Assembly: GCF_009914755.1 (NCBI RefSeq)
Contig: NC_060928.1
Direction: 5' to 3' (one strand)
Source: the human T2T-CHM13v2.0 reference genome, Homo sapiens
Length of the DNA: 64,000 nt
Shown: piece after piece, positions 53,471 to 64,000 of the stretch
Layout of the letters: the number at the start of each line of letters is the position of its first letter
Position numbering within the stretch: position 1 is the stretch's first letter
Translations under genes and position numbers: made by a program
Notes under the pieces: generated by a model
The model's database searches: none
The model's input: the letters and a program-made list of their open reading frames with translations, nothing else
Told to the model about the DNA's origin: nothing

Positions 53471-55384
53471 TAATCCCATGTTTATCCCAGTATTACTCAC
53501 ATAACCAAGATGTGGAAGCAATCTAAATGTTCATCAGTGAATGAATGAATAAAGAATATGTGGTAAATACATACAATGGAGTATTATTCAACCTTAAAAA
53601 GAAGGACATCCTGCTCTATGTGACCACATGGAGGAACCTGGAGGATATTACACTAAGTGAAATAAGCCAGTCACAGTAGGACAAATACTGCATGACTCCA
53701 ACTTATAAAAAGGGTCAAAAATAATCAAACTCTTAGAAGCAGAGAGTAGAATGGTGGTTTCCAGGGCATGTGGGGAGGAGGAAATAAAAAATTACTATTC
53801 GAAACTTTGCTATTCATAAATAGTTGTGCTATTCATAAATTTTAGTTATCCACTGTCAATAAGTTCTAGAGATCTGGTGTACAACATCACTTTTATAGTT
53901 AATAATAATGTATAATACACACAAAAATTTGTGAAAAGGGTAGATCTCAGGTTTAATGCTCTTACTACAATTTTACAAAAGAAAAAATTGAATAAAAAAC
54001 AATATTGCCACCAAAACATCTATTTCATTTATATTAGAACAGTAGAATTTCAGTTATGACTAACGAATCTACAATGGCTTAATGTCATTATAAATTGTTT
54101 AATAGCAGATATCTTACTTGACCTGGGACAAAATGCTATAGAAATATTACAAGTACCTTCAAAATTCAATGAGAAAAAAAAGTTAAGTTTTTTCTCCAAA
54201 TTATTTAAGGTTATGGAGTGTAGTTTGTACTAACTGTGACTTCAAAAAAATTACCTTTTCCGCTTTCCCACCTATGAAAATAACTTTTATTTTTATAGTG
54301 ATTTATTCATCACAATCTTCATAATTCTTCCTAAAAATATCTGACGTTCATTAAACATTGATTTATTGAATTAATTGCTGGAAAAAATCTAGCATCTACT
54401 TTTCCATTTTGTTTCAGGATATTTGATGTAGAGCATGACTATTCTTAGCTCTTAAAGTCTTAGAGTTCGCTTTAATCATGAAATTGCATTTGAGATAAAA
54501 TAAAAAATAAGCCAGAGAAGTTATTGAAAGTAGTGTAAATATGACCTATAAGAACAGCTACATTCACCTCTATCCTTCAAGAGACACACTGGACAATTTT
54601 AATATTTATATTAAAGCCACAAGGGATTTGAAGTGATCCATAGAAATGTGTGAATTTTACAAGACAAGATTAAATAACTTAGGGAGTTCGGGGTGAAGGG
54701 AACTGCTAGTGAAAAAAATGGAAGTGAGGGGTAAGAGTTACACATGAATATTCATGACACTGTGTTCTATAAAATGGCTAGAAGTTGGACTAGAGAATCC
54801 TTAACCCTAGTTAGAGAAGTAAAATGGAATGTACTATAAAACCAAAATCCTTTCACAATGTTCTTTTGCAATAAAACATCAGAAAGATAAAGTTATGTGT
54901 AAGATTTTTAAAAATCATTAATATTTAAATAAACAGTAAAGGGACTCACACTATTTGCTAATCTGCTTGTAAAGGTTGGTATAGAAGTAGTGACATGAGG
55001 ATCTAGATAGACGAAATGGACTACTATGTACTATTCAGCTTTCTAGCTTTCGTGCCTAACATTGCTAAGTTAGCCTCAGTGGGTAACTCAATAAATACTC
55101 ATTGGATGAATAAATGAGTATAGCAATCAATTAATTAATAGACAAAATTAAAAAAGAAAGATGACTGGGAAAAAATGTCTAAAAAATTTCTACAGTGTAT
55201 TTATAACTTTCATTTTTTACATGCAGAAAATTCAAACTCATATTAGGTTGTAAACTCATAAGATTAGTGGCTATTGTTTACTCATCATTTATTTTTCCTC
55301 CTACCCTTACCCTCTAAAAACATAGCAGCTGTCATTTTAAAAACTCCTACTCTATGTCTGGTGCTTTTCGTTTATCTCACTTAG

Positions 55385-55773
55385 TGTCTTAGCTCAGGCT
55401 GCCATAACAAAATAGCATATACTGGATGATTTGAACAACAGAAAGTTATTTCTCACCATTCCGGAGGCTGGAAACCTAAGATCACGGTTATAGCATGGTT
55501 GGGTTTTGGTGAGTCTCTCTTCCTGGCTTGCGAATGGCTGCCCTCTTGCTGTATACTCACATGGCCTCTTCTGTGCAAGTGTGTGTTGGGGTAAGGGAAA
55601 GCTCTCTGGTGTCTCTTCTTATAAAAGCACTAATCCCAACAGGAGGGCCCAATGTCATGATTTCATCTAACCTTAATTACCTCTCAAAGGCCTTTTCTCC
55701 AAGTACCATTGCACTGGGGATTGGGGCTTTAATATACAAATTTGGGGGTAGCACACATATTTAGTCTGTAACA
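55385..55773 (-). mobile_element. MLT1A-type MaLR solo LTR
   Basis: tgtcttagctcaggctgccataacaaaa...ttccggaggctgg...cttcttataaaagcactaatccc...ttagtctgtaaca. Confidence 0.88.
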
Positions 55774-55940
55774 TCTAGTCTTTACTAGACCCTGTGAAGT
55801 TAGCAGATTGCTGAAGTAAATGGGCATGAGGTTGAAATTGTATATATTTGTTTTATTTATTTGCTTAAGCAGAATCTGTAATTTATTAGGGTCTGATATG
55901 ATCAGCCCCTAGAAAACAAATTCATTCTAAACATACTCTA

Positions 55941-56238
55941 GGCCGGGTGCGGTGGCTCACAGGGTAATCCCAGCATTTTGGGAGGCCAGGGCAGGCAGAT
56001 CACCTCAGGTCAGGAGTTCGAGACCAGCCTGGCCAACATGGTGAAACCCTATCTCTTCTAAAAATACAAAAATTAGCCAGATGTGGTGCCACGTGCCTGT
56101 AATCTGAGCTACGCAGGAGACTGAGACAAGAAGATCACCTGAACCCAGGAAGTTGCAGTGAGCTGAGATTGCATCACTGCACTCCAGCCTGGGTGACAGA
56201 ACAAGACTCCATCTCAAAAAATAAAAATAATAAATAAA
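55941..56238 (+). mobile_element. AluS with a small internal deletion
   Basis: ggccgggtgcggtggctcac...cacctcaggtcaggagttcgagacc...A-rich tail; taaacata flanks both sides. Confidence 0.93.
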
Positions 56239-56479
56239 CATATGCTCAAGCTTGATAAATATTTTAAGCCCAAATGCTAATTTATTACTCTAACGTTACA
56301 GGAATCCTGCTAGCAGATAATGGTTGACTTGAAAACAAAAAATCTCCTTGGAATGAAAAATAGGAAACTAAATTTTGGTCAGTAGTGCCAATTAATTAAG
56401 TTATTCCCCAATGCTTTCCATATAGTGTGGCCTCATTAATTATTTGTCAAATTTCTGCTAGAATTATAGAAGAAATGAG

Positions 56480-59400
56480 AAAATTATTCTTTTGTTCTTG
56501 TGTCTGCATTCAATTTATTGTGATATGTTGTATTAGTTGAGGTATGTGAAGAAAATACAGCCTTAACACACATATGAAATTAGAAAAGGGAGGAACATTT
56601 CAATATACTTTTTCAGATAATTGTGAACATACCTTTTGATAGTACACCAAAACTAAAGAAGTGGTAGTTTCTAAATTAATTTTGATACTCATCTATTCTT
56701 AAAGATTGGTTGCAATGAAGAAACTGAAATTACATCTAAACTTTATTTTGTTAATTTGTGACATTAAAATCTCTTGATCTATCTTGTACTTTTAAAATTA
56801 CATAACAATTGTACATATTTATGAGGCACAGTGTAATATTTTGATATATGTAAACAATATGTAATGATCACATCAGGATAATTAAGATAACCATCACCTC
56901 AAACAGTTACTGTTTCTCTGTGTTGGGAACATTCAAAATCCTCTCCTATAGCTATTTGAAAATATACGGTAAATTGTTGTTAACTATAGTCACCCTACTG
57001 TGCTGTAGAACACTAGAACTTATAGAACTTATTCCTCCTATGTAGCTTTAATCTTGTATTTGTTAACTAACCTCTCCCTATGCTGCCCTTCCCCCTAGTC
57101 TTCCTATTCTCACCTTTTTTTAGCTTTTACATATGAGTGAGAACATGCAGTATTTACTTACTGTGCCTGGTTTATTTCACTTAACATAATGTCCTCCAGC
57201 CTCATTCATCTTGTTGCAAACGACAGGATTTCATTTTTTATGGCTCAATAGTATTCCACTGTGTATATAGGCCACATTTTCTTTATTCATTCATCTGTTT
57301 ATGGACACTTAGGTTGATTCCATATTCTGGCTATTGTGAATAGTGCTGCAATAAGAATGGGAGTGCTAGTATCTCTTCTCCATACTGACTTATTTTCTTT
57401 TGGATATATATAAATTACTACAATCGTAGATCATATGGTAGTTCTATTTTTAGTTTTTTGAAAACCCTCTGTATTATTTCCCATAATGACTGTAGTAATT
57501 TCCATCCCACTAACAGTGTGTAAGAATTCACTTTTCTCTGTATCCTTACTAACACTTGTTATTTTTTGTCTTTTTTATAATAGCTATTTTAACTTGGGTG
57601 AGACAATATCTCATTGTGGTTTTGATTTCCATTTCCCTGATGATTAGTGATGTTGAGCATTTTTCTTTATACTTGTTGGCCATTTATATGTCTTCTTTTG
57701 AAAAGTGCCTATTGGGATCATTTGTTCATTTTAAAAATGGATTATTGGATTTTTGCTATCGAGTTGTTAGTTTTTTTATATTCTTAATATTAATCCCTTG
57801 TGTAATGAATAGTTTGCAAATGATTTCTCCTATTCTGTAGTTTATCTCTTCACTCCGCTGATTGTTTCCTTTGCTATGCAGAAACTTTTTAGTTTGATAT
57901 AATTCCCTTTGTCTATTTTGTTTCCTGTGCTCTTAAGGTCCTATGCCTAAAATTGTTGCGCAGACCAATGTTCTGAAGCATTTCCTCAATGTTTTCTTCT
58001 AGCAGTTTCATAGTTTCGGATATTACATTTAAGTCTATCTTAATTGAGTTGATTTTTGTATGTTTGTATATTTTTGTATATTGTGACAGTGGTCTAGTTT
58101 CTCAAACTAAAAGTAGAACTATCATATGATCCACAATTATACTGCTTGATATATATCCAAAAAAGTGGTCTACTTGTCTAATTTTTGTATATGGTGAGAG
58201 ATAGTGGTTTAGTTTCATTCTTCTGCATATAAATATCCAGTTTACCCAGCAGTATTTATTAAATACACTGTCTTTTCCCCTATGTATGTTCTTTGTGGAA
58301 AATGAGATTGCTGTAAATGTATGGATTTATTTCTTGGTTCTCTATTCTGTTACATTGATCTGTTTGTTTTTATGCAACTGTCATGCTGTTTTAATCAAGT
58401 CAGGTATTGTGATGCTTCCAGCTGTATTCTTCTTGCTCAGGATTGTATTGCTTTTCAGGGTCTTTTGTAGTTCAATATAAATTTTAGGAGGTGTTTAGGA
58501 GTGAAGCCATCTGGTCTTGGGATTTTCTTTGTTGGGAGACTTTTTATTACTGAGTCAGTTTCATTCCTCATTTTCAATTTGTTCAGGTTTGCTGTCTCTT
58601 TCACATTCAATCTTGCTAGGTTTAATGTGTTCAGTAATGTATCTATTTCCTCTAGGTCTTCTATTTTTCTTGGTGTATAGTTATTCATGTAGTCTCTACT
58701 GATTTTGTATTTCCGTGGTATCAGTTGTAATGTCTCCTTTTCCATTTCTGATATTACTTATTTAGATGTTCTCTATTTTTTCTTAGTCTAGCTAATAGTT
58801 TATAGATTTTGTTTATCTTTTCATAACCCTAAAATTTACTCTTTTACCTAAGAGTTTTTTGGTGGAGTCCTTAGGTTTTTCTGAATATGAGAGCACGTTG
58901 TCTACAAACAGGGACAATTTGACTTCCTTCTTTCCAATTTTGCTGTCCTTTATTTATTTCTCTTGCCTAATTGCTCTGGCTAGAACTTCCAGTACTGTGT
59001 GGAATAAAAGTGGTGAAAGTGAGCATCTTTGTCCTGCCCGTTCCAGTTCTTAGAGGAAAAAGCTTTCAATGTTTCCCTATTCAGTACAATGTTAGCTGTG
59101 AGTAAGTCATATATGGCCTTTGCTATGTTGAAGTACATTCCTTTTTTACCTCATTTTTGAGAGTTTTTATCATGAAGAGATATTGAATTTTATTAAGTAT
59201 GAATTCTACATCTGTTGAGATGATCATATGGGTTTTGTCCTTCATTCTGTTGATGTGCTGCATTGCATTTATCAGTTTACTTATGTTGAGTCATTCTTGC
59301 ATCCCTGGGATAAATTCCACTTGATCATAGTGTTCAGTCTTTTTGGTGTGCTGTTTGATTCGGTCTGCTAGCATTTTTTTGAGAATCGTTGTATCTATAT

Positions 59401-61370
59401 TTATCAAGGGTATTGGTCTGTGGTTTTCTTTTTTGTTGTTGTTGTGTCCTTGTCTTGTTTTGATATCAGGGTAATGTTGGCCTGTAAAATGAGATTGAAA
59501 GAATTCCTTTACCTTTAAATTTTTGAAATATTTTGAAAATAATAGGTGGTAGTTATTCTTTAAACATTTGGTAGAAATCAGCAGTGAAAACTTGACTAGT
59601 CTTGGGCTTTTCTTTGTTGGGAGACTTTTTATTGCTGTCAGTTTCATTCCTCATTTTCTGTTTGTTCAAGTTTTCTGTTTCTTTCACATTCAATCTTGCT
59701 AGGTTGAATGTGTTCAGGAATGTATCGATTTCCTCTAGGTCTTCTGTTTTTCTTGATGTATAGTTATTCATAGTAGTGTCTACTGATTTTATATTTCTGT
59801 GGTATCAGTTGTAATGTCTCCTTTTTCATTTCTGATATTACTTATTTAGATGTCCTCTATTTTTTCTTAGTCTAGCTAGTAGTTTGTAGATTTTATCTTT
59901 TCATAACACCCCCTTTTCATTTTGTTGATCTTTTGGTTTTTTTAGTCTCAATTTTGTTTATTTTAGCTCTGATTTCTATTACTTATTTCTTCTACTAATT
60001 TCGAGTTTGATTTTTTTCTTGCTTTCATAGTATCTTGATGTAAATCATTGGGTTAATTATTTGAAATCTTTCTATTTCTTCTTGATGTAGGTATTTATTG
60101 CTCTAAACATTCCAATTAAGACTGCTTTTATTGTACATCATAGGTTTTGCTATGCTGTGCTTCTGTTTTCATTTGTTTCAATATATTTTTAATTTCCTTC
60201 ATAATTTCTTCATTGACCTTTTGGTCATTCAGGTCATTTGGCATATTGTTTAATTTACATGTATTTGTACAGTTTCTGCAATTATTTCATTAAATAGGTT
60301 TTCTATCTCTTTACTCAACTCTTTTCCTTTTAGAATTTTCATAGTGCTAATATTTATTTGCTTAAAGGTGCCCCATAGTTCCTGTAGGCTTTCTTCATTC
60401 ATTCATGTTTTTTTTTTCTTTTCTTTTTTTTTTTTTTTTTTTTTGGTCTGACTGGGTTATTTCAAAAGACTTGACTTGCCTTTAAATTCAGAGAGTCTTC
60501 TGCTGGGTCTAGACTGTTGTTGAGGCTCTCTATTGTATTTTTGGATTTCATTCGTTAAATCCTTTAGCTCCAAGATTTCAATTTGGTTCCTTTTTATATC
60601 TATCTCTTTGTTGAATTTCTCACTCAGATCATGCATCACTTTTCTAATTTTGTCAAATTGTATATTTATAATCTCTTGTAACTCACTGAGTTTCCTTAAG
60701 ATCATAATTTTGAAATTTTTTAGGCATTTCATAGATTTTGTTTCCTTTAAGCTCCGCTACTAGAGAATTATTGTGTTCCTTTGGGGATATCATGCTTCTT
60801 GCTTGGTCACGTTTCTTGTGTCTCTTTGTTGATATCAGTGCATCTGGTGGAGTGGTTGCCTCTTTCAATTTTATGGAGTAGATATTATTAAAAAAATGAG
60901 TTTTCTTTCTATAGATGTGCCCTATAGTTTCAGTGCAGGGTACTTTGACTTTGGTTCTGGGTGGGTGCAATAGCGTAGTTTTCCTGTGATTTCTTTGGCT
61001 GTAATCAGCATCAGCAGTGTCAGAAAGTGCCTCAGTGGCCTAGATTGTGGGTGTTTGTGGAGGCAGTGGTGTAGCTTTGCTAAGGACCAGGGTCACTACA
61101 TAGGCTGATTGTCAGGCTCTGTGGGGATATACACAAGGCACAGTTGCTCCGTTGGTCAGTCGGCAAAGGTTGTCAGTGGTATTGGGTGCCAGTCAAGACA
61201 GTCCTCAGGTTCCAAGATGCATGTGTGGGGTGTGGCAGCTCAACTTACCTTGCGTTTTGGAAAGATCTTATACTTCCGTATGATTTTGCAATCCCACGTA
61301 TTGGTCATTGAAAAATATCAATTTACTGAGTGATACAGATATTTTTAATGTTGACACATTTCATTATACA
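56480..61370. mobile_element. Charlie1-like hAT element split by L1MA (pieces ~56480-56793 and ~61244-61370)
   Basis: ...gaagaaaatacagcc...acaccaaaact...acattaaaatctcttgatctatcttgtactttt resumes as ...ggaaagatctta...tgattttgcaa...ttggtcatt...gttgacacatttcattataca. Confidence 0.7.
56794..61243 (-). mobile_element. L1MA (about MA4-MA6): 3'UTR, partial ORF2, partial ORF1 and 5' sequence, internally rearranged
   Basis: L1MA 3'UTR motifs; ORF2 peptides [16 protein letters not shown] and [14 protein letters not shown]...[10 protein letters not shown]; ORF1 peptide FKIMILRKLSELQE...FNKEIDIKRNQIEILELK. Confidence 0.92.
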
Positions 61371-61427
61371 GAGTTCTGTGTCTTTCAGCACACTTTGTTT
61401 AAACTCTCAGTTTCACTTTTGTCATTT

Positions 61428-61525
61428 GAATATGGAGGCTGAGGAATCCAAAGATCTACTGTTGACAAGCTGAAGACCCAGGAGAACTGATAATATACTT
61501 CCAGTCTAAGTTTGAGTCCAAAGAC
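61428..61525. mobile_element. MLT1D/E/F-like LTR fragment
   Basis: atggaggctgaggaatcc...aagctgaagacccaggagaactgat...ttccagtctaag. Confidence 0.5.
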
Positions 61526-61531
61526 AGGATG

Positions 61532-61620
61532 AAATAAGAAAATAATACATAAATAATAAATAAAATGTAATAAAATAAAATATAATAAAAAATAATAAAT
61601 AAATAAATAAATAATAAAAT
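61532..61620 (+). repeat. A-rich / (AAAT)n low-complexity tract
   Basis: Read directly. Confidence 0.85.
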
Positions 61621-61877
61621 CAGCTTAGAAGCTGATTGCTGCCATGAAGTTTCCTGAAATATGTAACCTTGACTTTGTGGCCAGGTAGCAGACAGTTACA
61701 AAACTATTCCAGACATCTGTGTACTTATTATTATTTCACAGATGCCACACTATTCAAAGAATTTCCGTTTTGATTATGCCTTAATTTCCAGAGAGTTATT
61801 GCTATTAAAAGTGATATATTATTTTTAATTACATTTTCTAATCAGTTATTGGGGATATAAAGAGATATCATTATTTT

Positions 61878-62127
61878 TCTTTTTTTAACTTTTACTTTAA
61901 GTTCAGGGGTGCAGGTGCAGGTTTGTTACATAGGTAAATTTCTGTCGGGGGGGTTGTTGTACAGATGATTTTATCACCCAAGTATTAAGCATAGTACCCA
62001 TTAGTTGTTTTTCTTGATCCTCTCCCTCCTCCCATTCTCCATCCTCCGAAAGGCCCCAGTGTGTGTTGTTCCCCTATGTGTAAATGCATTCTCATCATTT
62101 AGCTACCACTTGTAAGTAAGAACATAC
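61878..62127 (-). mobile_element. L1PA (older, about PA13) 3' end with TSD
   Basis: aagttcaggggtgcaggtgcaggtttgttacataggtaaa...; TSD aagag(a/c)ta(t/c)cattatttt at 61860-61877 and 62128-62145. Confidence 0.9.
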
Positions 62128-62358
62128 AAGAGCTACCATTATTTTCATCCACAAATGTAGTATATCGATTTTATCATTTTGTATAATTTGCTGATTATCT
62201 TTTTTAATGTAAATGTTTCCATCATTACAAGTAATAATTGATTTATCCTTTCACTTCTAATTCTTCTAGGTCATTTAATTTCCTGGCCAGTTCTGTTAAA
62301 TAGTAGAAGTGATAATGCACATCGTAATTTGTTTCTTACCTTAAAATAAATGTATATA

Positions 62359-62560
62359 ACATTGAACACAGATGGATATAAACATGGGACCAGTAGATAC
62401 TCTGGACCACTAGAAGTAGGGGAGAGAGGTAGTGGGGAGGGGGGTGAAAAGCTACCTATTGGGTGCTATGCTCCCTACCTGGGTGCAATACACCCATGTA
62501 ACAAACCTGCACATGTACCCCCATAATCAAAAATAAAAGCTGAAATTTTAAAAAAAGAAA
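62359..62560 (+). mobile_element. L1PA16/17-type 3' end
   Basis: gaaaagctacctattgggtgctatgctccctacctgggtgcaatacacccatgtaacaaacctgcacatgtacccc...aaaataaaagctgaaa. Confidence 0.85.
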
Positions 62561-62799
62561 TGAAACTATAAAAACAATCGATATTATTAAATTATATTTA
62601 AATTTAGAAATGTAAATTAAATACATTCTTCACCATGAAAAAACAAAAATAAATGTATTTGTAAATTTCTGGTAAAGCTTTTGTCAGCACAAGAACATTT
62701 TTATGTATTCTTAGTTTTCTGATTTTTAAATTATTTTATTAGCCTTGTTTTACTCAATAAACAGTACCAAAGTATAATTACAATTAATGCCATTAATAA

Positions 62800-63255
62800 C
62801 AGAAACGAGACTAATATGAATGCGATAAGAGCTGAGTGAGTGAAGGTCAGGAAGAGTGGCAGTTGAGGGGTCAAGGCAAGACTCACTGATGATTTCAATC
62901 TGAACCACTAAACAAGTGACTCTCCCAAGTTTGCCAGGAAACTGCTGCAACTCTCCGATTTCTGGGAAAGGCCAAGGTGTTGGTCTTGATCTGCAGCAGC
63001 CAAGTAGGAATTTGTGCAGAAATCTATGAAACCATGGTATCTGGCTCTCACAACCTCCGTGGAATAAAAACCTCTCCTATAGTTCACTTTCCAAATATCG
63101 TGCAAGGTCCTTTCATTGGCAGGCTCTAGCCTGAAAGTATATAGGGAAGAAAATTCTGTAAAATAAATTTTCTGGCATCTGCAATGCAGAGTAGACCACA
63201 GAAGAGGGTGGGTGGAGTAAAGCAAAGTTGACAGCTGATCCTGCAGCCCAATGCA
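62800..63255. mobile_element. Ancient MaLR/ERVL-type LTR
   Basis: tttcattggcaggctctagcctgaaagtatatagggaagaaaattctgtaaaat... Confidence 0.45.
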
Positions 63256-63789
63256 GTTTTTTTTTTCCTGTACATATTGAGATGACTGTGTAGATTTTCT
63301 TTTTTTTGACTCAATATAGTGAATCACACTAGTATATCTTTCTGATGTGGAACACTTTGGATTCCTAGAATAAACTCTGTTTTGTCTTGATGTCCTATCT
63401 AAAAAAACACTTTAGGATTCAAAATCTTAAATATACTATTATCTGTGTTTCCCACAGATAGATACTCATTGTAAGGAATCTAAGAGGATGTACTCCACTA
63501 AAGGAAAATGAATTTAGAAGAAACTTCTGTGATATGGAAAGTAATAACAAATAAAATACTTAGTAATAATTATACTGTCAATATTTGCAGTGACTAAAGT
63601 ATTTGCCATGTAAATTTGCTTTTAAAATTCCATTTTCCACTTAATAAACATTAATATTTATTTATATAATAAAATACTACTTTTATAGTATTTATTATTT
63701 ATAAAAGATACTAGCTGATTAGATACTAGTTGATATTAATCATCTGGTATCTGATAAATATAATTCATTTAATTCTTATGACAAATACT

Positions 63790-63970
63790 AATTCATTTAA
63801 TTATTATGACAATATTTTGAGGAAGGTAATACTAATATCCCCATTTTACAAATTAAAAAACTGAGACATGAAGAATAGTTGACTTTGCTCAAGGTCACAG
63901 ATTGATCAACTGTGTAGCTGGGATTTATACCCAGGCAGTTAGTTCCATGTACTGCTATTACCTACTATGT
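63790..63970 (-). mobile_element. MIR
   Basis: atccccattttacaaattaaaaaactgagacatg...gactttgctcaaggtcacag...gctgggatttatacccaggcag. Confidence 0.8.
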
Positions 63971-64000
63971 TAAGCTACCTCGATGCCAACATTTGGTAAA

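Larger units (their letters stand above)
50072..53990 (+). mobile_element. L1MA/L1MB 3' end split by MER44+Tigger2 (pieces 50072-50357 and 53471-53990)
   Basis: caatcaaacccacaatgaca...ccagcaatcccacttctg...aagagatatttgta | atcccatgttta...ctaagtgaaataagccagtcacag reads as continuous L1 when the insert is removed. Confidence 0.88.

Overview
Mammalian (human-like, Alu-containing) genomic DNA holding one protein-coding gene, neuropeptide Y receptor Y2 (NPY2R). It has a CpG-island promoter and non-coding first exon (~5.9-6.97 kb), a ~4.8 kb 5'UTR intron, an intronless 381-aa class A GPCR CDS (11842-12987, +) and a ~2 kb AU-rich 3'UTR with three AATAAA signals. The remaining ~49 kb is AT-rich and gene-poor, made mostly of transposon fossils (Alu, L1, L2, MIR, MaLR/ERV LTRs, Tigger/MER44/MER8, MADE1, Charlie). 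The other ORFs in the track are GC-rich shadows, repeat remnants or noise. I see no convincing new multi-gene system. The most unusual observations: (1) a ~1.8 kb TSD-flanked, polyadenylated non-repeat insertion (retrocopied 3'UTR or L1 3' transduction) at 37228-39030; (2) a three-layer nest L1M > MER44 > near-full-length Tigger2 that retains its DDD triad; (3) a truncated LTR12 with an intact CCAAT array pointing antisense toward NPY2R; (4) a hairpin-templated mutation creating splice donors in an antisense Alu inside a MADE1; (5) an L1MA carrying templated inverted and direct duplications; (6) an NPY2R leader with a >1 kb ATG desert, tandem splice sites and an open in-frame extension. Repeat subfamily names come from my recognition of consensus sequences, not an alignment, and boundaries of old repeats are approximate.
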